Source: Eledone cirrhosa (taxonomy: Eukaryota). Taken from it: a DNA stretch of 64,000 nucleotides. A program made the position numbers and the translations under genes. The notes under the pieces were generated by a model. It worked only from the letters and a program-made list of their open reading frames with translations. It was not told where the DNA came from and ran no database searches. Shown here piece after piece: positions 53,901-64,000 of the stretch (position 1 is the first letter of the stretch; each line of letters opens with the position of its first letter). Where the stretch lies: NCBI GenBank assembly GCA_964016885.1, contig OZ024742.1, forward strand, positions 168,640,001-168,704,000, read 5' to 3'.

Positions 53901-56900
53901 TAAAAAAAATCCATTAAAAAAAATCCATTAAAAAAAAATCCGTTAAAAAAATCCATTAAAAAAAAATCCGTTAAAAAAAATCCATTAAAAGCTCAATCAA
54001 AAACCCATTAAAAACGCCATAAAAATCATTAAAATCCCATTAAAGATACATTAAAGGCCCATTAAAAACGCGATAAAAAATCCATTAAAAAAATCCATTA
54101 AAAAAAAATCAATCAAAAACCCATAAAAGAAACATTAAAACAACATTTAAAAAATCCATTAAAAATCCATTAAAAAATCCATTTAAAAAAATCCATTAAA
54201 AAAAATCCTTTTAAAAAATCCATTTAAAAAATCCATTAAAAAAAATCCATTAAAAATATCCATTTAAAAAAAAAGCCATTAAAAAAAATCCATTAAAAAA
54301 AATCCATTAAAAATCCATTAAAAATCCATTTAAAAAATCCATTAAAAAATCCATTAAAAACCCACTAAAAATCCATTAAAAATCCATTAAAAATCCATTA
54401 AAAAATCCATTTAAAAAACCCATTAAAAAAATCCATTAAAAAAATCCATTTAAAAAATCCATTAAAAAAAATCCATTTAAAAAAACCCATTAAAAAAAAT
54501 CCATTAAAAAAATCCATTTAAAAAATCCATTAAAAAAAATCCATAAAAAAATCCATTAAAAACAATCCATTAAAAAAAAATCCGTTAAAAAAAATCCATT
54601 AAAAATCCATTAAAAATCCATTAAAACATCCATTTAAAAAAATCCATTAAAAAAATCCAAAAAAATCAATTAAAAAAATCCATTAAAAAAAATCCATTAA
54701 AAACAAAATCCATTAAAAAAAATCAATTTAATAAAATCCATTAAAAATCCATTAAAAAAATCCATTAAAAACCCATTAAAAATCCATTAAAAATCCATTA
54801 AAAATCCCTTAAAAATCCATTAAAAATCCATTAAAAATCCATTAAAAAATCCATTTAAAAAAATCCATTTAAAAAATCAATTAAAAAAATACATTTAAAA
54901 AATCCATTTAAAAAATCCATTAAAAAAAAATCCATTAAAAAAAAATCCATTAAAAAAAATATCCATTAAAAAAAATCCATTTAAAAAATCCATTAAAAAT
55001 CCATTAAAAAAATCCATTTAAAAAAAGCCATTAAAAACCCATTAAAAATCCATTAAAAATCCATTAAAAATCCATTAAAAAATCCATTTAAAAAACCCAT
55101 TAAAAAAATATATTAAAAAAATCCATTTAAAAAATCCATTAAAAAAAATCCATTAAAAAAAACCCATTTAAAAAAATCCCTTTAAAAAAATCCATTAAAA
55201 AATCCATTAAAAACCCATTAAAAATCCATTACAAATCCATTAAAAATCCATTTAAAAAACCCATTAAAAAATCCATTTAAAAAATCCATTAAAAAAAATC
55301 CATTTAAAAAAACCCATTAAAAAAAATCCATTAAAAAACCCATTTAAAAAATCCATTAAAAAAAATCCATTAAAAAAATCCATTAAAAAAATCCATTTAA
55401 AAAAATCCATTAAAAAAAATCCGTTAAAAAAAATCCATTAAAAATCCATTAAAAATCCATTAAAAATCCATTAAAAATCCATTAAAAAATCCATTTAAAA
55501 AAATCCATTAAAAAAATCCATTAAAAAAATCCATTTAAAAAATCCATTAAAAAAAATCCATTAAAAAAAAATCCATTAAAAAAAATCCATTTAAAAAAAT
55601 CAATTTAAAAAAATCCATTAAAAATCCATTAAAAAAATCCATTTAAAAAAATCCATTAAAAACCCATTAAAAATCCATTAAAAATCCATTAAAAATCCAT
55701 TAAAAATCCATTTAAAAAACCCATTAATAAAATTCCATTAAAAAAATCCATTTAAAAAATCCATTAAAAAAATCCATTAAAAAAAACCCATTAAAAAAAA
55801 TCCATTAAAAAATCCATTTAAAAAATCCATTAAAAAAAATTCATTAAAAAAAATCCATAAAAAAATCCATTAAAAAAGTCCATTAAAAATCCATTAAAAA
55901 AATCCATTTAAAAAAAATCCATTAAAAACCCATTAAAAATCCATTAAAAATCCATTAAAAAATCCATTAAAAAAAATTCAATCAAAAACCCATAAAAGAA
56001 ACATTAAAACAGCATTTAAAAAACCCATTAAAAATTCATTAAAAAAATCCATTTAAAAAATCCATTAAAAATCCATTAAAAATCCATTAAAAATCCATTA
56101 AAAATCCATTAAAAATCTATTAAAAATCCATTAAAAATCCATTAAAAATCCATTAAAAATCCATTTAAAAAAATCCATTAAAAAAATCCATTAAAAAATC
56201 CATTTAAAAAATCCATTAAAAAAAATCCATTAAAAAAAACTCAATCAAAAACCCATAAAAGAAACATTAAAACACAGCATTTAAAAATCCATTAAAAAAA
56301 TCCATTAAAAAAAATCCATTAAAAAATCCATTAAAAATCCATTAAAAATCCATTAAAAATCCATTTAAAATCCATTAAAAATCCATTAAAAAATTCATTT
56401 AAAAAAATCCATTAAAAAAATCCATTAAAAAAATCAATTTAAAAAAATCCATTAAAAATCCATTAAAAAAATCCATTTAAAAAAATCCATTAAAAACCCA
56501 TTAAAAATCCATTAAAAATCCATTAAAAAATCCATTTAAAAAACCCATTAAAAAAAATCAATTAAAAAAAACCATTTAAAAAATCCATTAAAAAAATCCA
56601 TTAAAAAAAACCCATTAAAAAAAATCCATTAAAAAAATCCATTTAAAAAATCCATTAAAAAAAAATCCATTAAAAAAAATCCATAAAAAAATCCATTAAA
56701 AAAATCCATTAAAAAAAAATCCATTAAAAAAAATCCATTAAAAATCCATTAAAAAAATCCATTTAAAAAAATCCATTAAAAAATCCATTAAAAACCCATT
56801 AAAAATCCATTAAAAATCCATTAAAAATCCATTAAAAAATCCATTTAAAAAACCCATTAAAAAAATCCATTAAAAAAATCCATTTAAAAAATCCATTTAA

Positions 56901-59900
56901 AAAATCCATTAAAAAAAATCCATTTAAAAAAACCCATTAAAAAAAATCCATTAAAAAAATCCATTTAAAAAATCCATAAAAAAAAATCCATAAAAAAAAT
57001 CCATTAAAAAAAATCCATTAAAAAAAAAATCCGTTAAAAAAAATCCATTAAAAATCCATTAAAAATCCATTAAAAATCCATTAAAAATCCATTTAAAAAA
57101 ATCCATTTAAAAAATCCATTAAAAAAATCCATTTAAAAAATCCATTAAAAAAAATCCATTAAAAAAAAATCCATCAAAAAAAATCCATTAAAAAAAATCA
57201 ATTAAAAAAAATCCATTAAAAATCCATTAAAAAAATCCATTAAAAACCCATTAAAAATCCATTAAAAATCCATTAAAAAATCCATTTAAAAAACCCATAA
57301 AAAAAAATCCATTAAAAAAAACCCATTAAAAAATCCATTAAAAAAATCCATTTAAAAAATCCATAAAAAAAAATCCATTAAAAAAATCCATAAAAAAATC
57401 CATTAAAAAAATCCATTAAAAAAAAATCCATTAAAAAAAATCCATTAAAAATCCATTAACAAAATCCATTTAAAAAAATCCATTAAAAAATCCATTAAAA
57501 ACCCATTAAAAATCCATTAAAAATCCATTAAAAATCCATTAAAAAATCCATTTAAAAAACCATTAAAAAAATCCATTAAAAAAATCCATTTAAAAAATCC
57601 ATTAAAAAAATCCATTTAAAAAACCCATTAAAAAAAACCCATTAAAAAAATCCATTTAAAAAATCCATTAAAAAAATCCATTAAAAAAATCCATAAAAAA
57701 AATCCATTAAAAAAAATCCATTAAAAAAAAATCCGTTAAAAAAAATCCATTAAAAAAAAATCCGTTAAAAAAAATCCATTAAAAGCTCAATCAAAAACCC
57801 ATTAAAAACGCCATAAAAATCATTAAAATCCCATTAAAGATACATTAAAGGCCCATTAAAAACGCGATAAAAAATCCATAAAAAAAAAATCAATCAAAAA
57901 CCCATAAAAGAAACATTAAAACAACATTTAAAAAATCCATTAAAAATCCATTAAAAAATCCATTTAAAAAAATCCATTAAAAAAAATCCTTTTAAAAAAT
58001 CCATTTAAAAAATCCATTAAAAAACATCCATTAAAAATATCCATTTAAAAAAAAAGCCATTAAAAAAAATCCATTAAAAAAAATCCATTAAAAATCCATT
58101 AAAAATCCATTTAAAAAATCCATTAAAAAATCCATTAAAAACCCATTAAAAATCCATTAAAAATCCATTAAAAATCCATTAAAAAATCCATTTAAAAAAC
58201 CCATTAAAAAAATCCATTTAAAAAATCCATTAAAAAAAATCCATTTTAAAAAACCAATTAAAAAAAATCCATTAAAAAAATCCATTTAAAAAATCCATTA
58301 AAAAAAATCCATAAAAAAATCCATTAAAAACAATCCATTAAAAAAAAATCCGTTAAAAAAAATCCATTAAAAATCCATTAAAAATCCATTAAAACATCCA
58401 TTTAAAAAAATCCATTAAAAAAATCCAAAAAAATCAATTAAAAAAATCCATTAAAAAAAATCCATTAAAAACAAAATCCATTAAAAAAAATCAATTTAAT
58501 AAAATCCATTAAAAATCCATTAAAAAAATCCATTAAAAACCCATTAAAAATCCATTAAAAATCCATTAAAAAATCCATTTAAAAAACCCATTAAAAAAAA
58601 TCCATTAAAAAAATCCATTTAAAAAATCCATAAAAAAAAATCCATTAAAAAAAACCCATTAAAAAAAATCCATTAAAAAAATCCATTTAAAAAATCCATT
58701 AAAAAAAATCCATTAAAAAAAAATCCATAAAAAAATCCATTAAAAAAATCCATTAAAAAAAATCCATTAAAAAATATCCATTAAAAATCCCTTAAAAATC
58801 CATTAAAAATCCATTAAAAATCCATTAAAAAATCCATTTAAAAAAATCCATTAAAAAAATCCATTAAAAAAATCCATTTAAAAAATCCATTTAAAAAATC
58901 CAATAAAAAAAATCCATTAAAAAAATCCATTAAAAAAAAAGCCATTAAAAAAAAATCCATTAAAAAAAATCCATTAAAAATCCATTAAAAAATCCATTTA
59001 AAAAAATCCATTAAAAAATCCATTAAAAATCCATTAAAAATCCATTAAAAAATCCATTTAAAAAACCCATTAAAAAAAATCCATTAAAAAAAACTCAATC
59101 AAAAACCCATAAAAGAAACATTAAAACAACATTTAAAAAATCCATTAAAAAAATCCATTAAAAAAAATCCATTAAAAAATCCATTAAAAATCCATTAAAA
59201 ATCCATTAAAAATCCATTAAAAATCCCTTAAAAATCCATTAAAAATCCATTAAAAAATCCATTTAAAAAAATCCATTAAAAAAATCCATTAAAAAAATCC
59301 ATTTAAAAAATCCATTAAAAAAAAATCCATTTAAAAAAAATCCATTAAAAAAAAATCCATTAAAAAAAAATCAATTTAAAAAAATCCATTAAAAATCCAT
59401 TAAAAAAATCCATTAAAAAAAAATCCATTAAAAAAAATCCATTAAAAATCCATTAACAAAATCCATTTAAAAAAATCCATTAAAAAATCCATTAAAAACC
59501 CATTAAAAATCCATTAAAAATCCATTAAAAATCCATTAAAAAATCCATTTAAAAAACCATTAAAAAAATCCATTAAAAAAATCCATTTAAAAAATCCATT
59601 AAAAAAATCCATTTAAAAAACCCATTAAAAAAAAACCATTAAAAAAATCCATTTAAAAAATCCATTAAAAAAAATCCATTAAAAAAATCCATAAAAAAAA
59701 TCCATTAAAAAAAATCCATTAAAAAAAAATCCGTTAAAAAAATCCATTAAAAAAAAATCCGTTAAAAAAAATCCATTAAAAGCTCAATCAAAAACCCATT
59801 AAAAACGCCATAAAAATCATTAAAATCCCATTAAAGATACATTAAAGGCCCATTAAAAACGCGATAAAAAATCCATTAAAAAAATCCATTAAAAAAAAAT

Positions 59901-62900
59901 CAATCAAAAACCCATAAAAGAAACATTAAAACAACATTTAAAAAATCCATTAAAAATCCATTAAAAAATCCATTTAAAAAAATCCATTAAAAAAAATCCT
60001 TTTAAAAAATCCATTTAAAAAATCCATTAAAAAAAATCCATTAAAAATATCCATTTAAAAAAAAAGCCATTAAAAAAAATCCATTAAAAAAAATCCATTA
60101 AAAATCCATTAAAAATCCATTTAAAAAATCCATTAAAAAATCCATTAAAAACCCACTAAAAATCCATTAAAAATCCATTAAAAATCCATTAAAAAATCCA
60201 TTTAAAAAACCCATTAAAAAAATCCATTAAAAAAATCCATTTAAAAAATCCATTAAAAAAAATCCATTTAAAAAAACCCATTAAAAAAAATCCATTAAAA
60301 AAATCCATTTAAAAAATCCATTAAAAAAAATCCATAAAAAAATCCATTAAAAACAATCCATTAAAAAAAAATCCGTTAAAAAAAATCCATTAAAAATCCA
60401 TTAAAAATCCATTAAAACATCCATTTAAAAAAATCCATTAAAAAAATCCAAAAAAATCAATTAAAAAAATCCATTAAAAAAAATCCATTAAAAACAAAAT
60501 CCATTAAAAAAAATCAATTTAATAAAATCCATTAAAAATCCATTAAAAAAATCCATTAAAAACCCATTAAAAATCCATTAAAAATCCATTAAAAATCCCT
60601 TAAAAATCCATTAAAAATCCATTAAAAATCCATTAAAAAATCCATTTAAAAAAATCCATTTAAAAAATCAATTAAAAAAATACATTTAAAAAATCCATTT
60701 AAAAAATCCATTAAAAAAAAATCCATTAAAAAAAAATCCATTAAAAAAAATATCCATTAAAAAAAATCCATTTAAAAAATCCATTAAAAATCCATTAAAA
60801 AAATCCATTTAAAAAAAGCCATTAAAAACCCATTAAAAATCCATTAAAAATCCATTAAAAATCCATTAAAAAATCCATTTAAAAAACCCATTAAAAAAAT
60901 ATATTAAAAAAATCCATTTAAAAAATCCATTAAAAAAAATCCATTAAAAAAAACCCATTTAAAAAAATCCCTTTAAAAAAATCCATTAAAAAATCCATTA
61001 AAAACCCATTAAAAATCCATTACAAATCCATTAAAAATCCATTTAAAAAACCCATTAAAAAATCCATTTAAAAAATCCATTAAAAAAAATCCATTTAAAA
61101 AAACCCATTAAAAAAAATCCATTAAAAAACCCATTTAAAAAATCCATTAAAAAAAATCCATTAAAAAAATCCATTAAAAAAATCCATTTAAAAAAATCCA
61201 TTAAAAAAAATCCGTTAAAAAAAATCCATTAAAAATCCATTAAAAATCCATTAAAAATCCATTAAAAATCCATTAAAAAATCCATTTAAAAAAATCCATT
61301 AAAAAAATCCATTAAAAAAATCCATTTAAAAAATCCATTAAAAAAAATCCATTAAAAAAAAATCCATTAAAAAAAATCCATTTAAAAAAATCAATTTAAA
61401 AAAATCCATTAAAAATCCATTAAAAAAATCCATTTAAAAAAATCCATTAAAAACCCATTAAAAATCCATTAAAAATCCATTAAAAATCCATTAAAAATCC
61501 ATTTAAAAAACCCATTAATAAAATTCCATTAAAAAAATCCATTTAAAAAATCCATTAAAAAAATCCATTAAAAAAAACCCATTAAAAAAAATCCATTAAA
61601 AAATCCATTTAAAAAATCCATTAAAAAAAATTCATTAAAAAAAATCCATAAAAAAATCCATTAAAAAAGTCCATTAAAAATCCATTAAAAAAATCCATTT
61701 AAAAAAAATCCATTAAAAACCCATTAAAAATCCATTAAAAATCCATTAAAAAATCCATTAAAAAAAATTCAATCAAAAACCCATAAAAGAAACATTAAAA
61801 CAGCATTTAAAAAACCCATTAAAAATTCATTAAAAAAATCCATTTAAAAAATCCATTAAAAATCCATTAAAAATCCATTAAAAATCCATTAAAAATCCAT
61901 TAAAAATCTATTAAAAATCCATTAAAAATCCATTAAAAATCCATTAAAAATCCATTTAAAAAAATCCATTAAAAAAATCCATTAAAAAATCCATTTAAAA
62001 AATCCATTAAAAAAAATCCATTAAAAAAAACTCAATCAAAAACCCATAAAAGAAACATTAAAACACAGCATTTAAAAATCCATTAAAAAAATCCATTAAA
62101 AAAAATCCATTAAAAAATCCATTAAAAATCCATTAAAAATCCATTAAAAATCCATTTAAAATCCATTAAAAATCCATTAAAAAATTCATTTAAAAAAATC
62201 CATTAAAAAAATCCATTAAAAAAATCAATTTAAAAAAATCCATTAAAAATCCATTAAAAAAATCCATTTAAAAAAATCCATTAAAAACCCATTAAAAATC
62301 CATTAAAAATCCATTAAAAAATCCATTTAAAAAACCCATTAAAAAAAATCAATTAAAAAAAACCATTTAAAAAATCCATTAAAAAAATCCATTAAAAAAA
62401 ACCCATTAAAAAAAATCCATTAAAAAAATCCATTTAAAAAATCCATTAAAAAAAAATCCATTAAAAAAAATCCATAAAAAAATCCATTAAAAAAATCCAT
62501 TAAAAAAAAATCCATTAAAAAAAATCCATTAAAAATCCATTAAAAAAATCCATTTAAAAAAATCCATTAAAAAATCCATTAAAAACCCATTAAAAATCCA
62601 TTAAAAATCCATTAAAAATCCATTAAAAAATCCATTTAAAAAACCCATTAAAAAAATCCATTAAAAAAATCCATTTAAAAAATCCATTTAAAAAATCCAT
62701 TAAAAAAAATCCATTTAAAAAAACCCATTAAAAAAAATCCATTAAAAAAATCCATTTAAAAAATCCATAAAAAAAAATCCATAAAAAAAATCCATTAAAA
62801 AAAATCCATTAAAAAAAAAATCCGTTAAAAAAAATCCATTAAAAATCCATTAAAAATCCATTAAAAATCCATTAAAAATCCATTTAAAAAAATCCATTTA

Positions 62901-64000
62901 AAAAATCCATTAAAAAAATCCATTTAAAAAATCCATTAAAAAAAATCCATTAAAAAAAAATCCATCAAAAAAAATCCATTAAAAAAAATCAATTAAAAAA
63001 AATCCATTAAAAATCCATTAAAAAAATCCATTAAAAACCCATTAAAAATCCATTAAAAATCCATTAAAAAATCCATTTAAAAAACCCATAAAAAAAAATC
63101 CATTAAAAAAAACCCATTAAAAAATCCATTAAAAAAATCCATTTAAAAAATCCATAAAAAAAAATCCATTAAAAAAATCCATAAAAAAATCCATTAAAAA
63201 AATCCATTAAAAAAAAATCCATTAAAAAAAATCCATTAAAAATCCATTAACAAAATCCATTTAAAAAAATCCATTAAAAAATCCATTAAAAACCCATTAA
63301 AAATCCATTAAAAATCCATTAAAAATCCATTAAAAAATCCATTTAAAAAACCATTAAAAAAATCCATTAAAAAAATCCATTTAAAAAATCCATTAAAAAA
63401 ATCCATTTAAAAAACCCATTAAAAAAAACCCATTAAAAAAATCCATTTAAAAAATCCATTAAAAAAATCCATTAAAAAAATCCATAAAAAAAATCCATTA
63501 AAAAAAATCCATTAAAAAAAAATCCGTTAAAAAAAATCCATTAAAAAAAAATCCGTTAAAAAAAATCCATTAAAAGCTCAATCAAAAACCCATTAAAAAC
63601 GCCATAAAAATCATTAAAATCCCATTAAAGATACATTAAAGGCCCATTAAAAACGCGATAAAAAATCCATTAAAAAAAAATCAATCAAAAACCCATAAAA
63701 GAAACATTAAAACAACATTTAAAAAATCCATTAAAAATCCATTAAAAAATCCATTTAAAAAAATCCATTAAAAAAAATCCTTTTAAAAAATCCATTTAAA
63801 AAATCCATTAAAAAAAATCCATTAAAAATATCCATTTAAAAAAAAAGCCATTAAAAAAAATCCATTAAAAAAAATCCATTAAAAATCCATTAAAAATCCA
63901 TTTAAAAAATCCATTAAAAAATCCATTAAAAACCCATTAAAAATCCATTAAAAATCCATTAAAAATCCATTAAAAAATCCATTTAAAAAACCCATTAAAA
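46887..64000. repeat. Second HOR family, period 5,791 bp
   Basis: Offset 5791 for islands 51994/57785/63576 and 53991/59782, CCACT 54365/60156, ACACAGC 56273/62064, CCATC 57175/62966 and TAAC 51669/57460. It has no inverted insert and no CCATG marker. Confidence 0.92.
48301..50870. repeat. 1,285 bp tandem duplication
   Basis: Four marker pairs are offset by exactly 1285: CCG 48350/49635, TTAATAAAATT 48655/49940, TCTATT 49017/50302, ACACAGC 49172/50457. Confidence 0.9.

Larger units (their letters stand above)
1..64000. repeat. AT-rich satellite array, monomer TCCATT(T)A4-11 (minus strand TnAATGGA)
   Basis: The monomer is visible continuously from the first to the last line. Common variants are CCCATT, TCCATA, TCCGTT, TCAATT and GCCATT. 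The array runs off both window ends. Confidence 0.99.

Noticed and set aside
1-64000. Protein-coding ORFs, e.g. minus-strand ATG GAT TTT repeats or + strand Lys/Ile/His/Pro repeats
   Set aside because: TTAA in nearly every monomer gives TAA on both strands, and variable A-run lengths keep shifting the frame into stops. There is no length-multiple-of-3 constraint. Reassigned-stop genetic codes would give only low-complexity peptide with no supporting evidence.
1-64000. Telomerase-synthesised telomeric repeat (C-rich + strand)
   Set aside because: Multi-kb HORs with inherited variants indicate recombinational amplification rather than templated addition, and the unit matches no telomere motif I recognise. 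A subtelomeric location is not excluded.
1-64000. A-run variation as pure homopolymer sequencing error
   Set aside because: Exact 1,285 and 5,791 bp offsets over many homopolymers show most lengths are reproducible. Isolated single-base differences could still be errors.
1-64000. G-quadruplex or i-motif array
   Set aside because: G/C runs are mostly only two long and are separated by 9-15 nt, so stable structures are not supported from sequence alone.

Overview
The whole 64 kb window is one AT-rich tandem satellite array. I found no supportable genes, RNA genes, transposons or CRISPR array. The basic monomer is TCCATT(T)A(4-11), about 11-17 bp, roughly 5,000 copies by estimate. The + strand is almost free of G. 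Rare variant monomers act as landmarks and show a layered higher-order repeat (HOR) structure: two deleted units (~1.6 kb and 3,321 bp), two ~11.2 kb units, a 12,692 bp unit, a truncated unit, then a switch near 47-48 kb to a different family with an exact 5,791 bp period. The most distinctive element is a 56 bp inverted, diverged copy of the satellite. It is flanked by a 12 bp direct duplication, occurs in five identical copies, sits next to its own empty site, and can fold back on the downstream sequence. All coordinates and periods were read by eye from marker motifs, so breakpoints are approximate. The organism cannot be determined, although the architecture looks like eukaryotic heterochromatin (inference).
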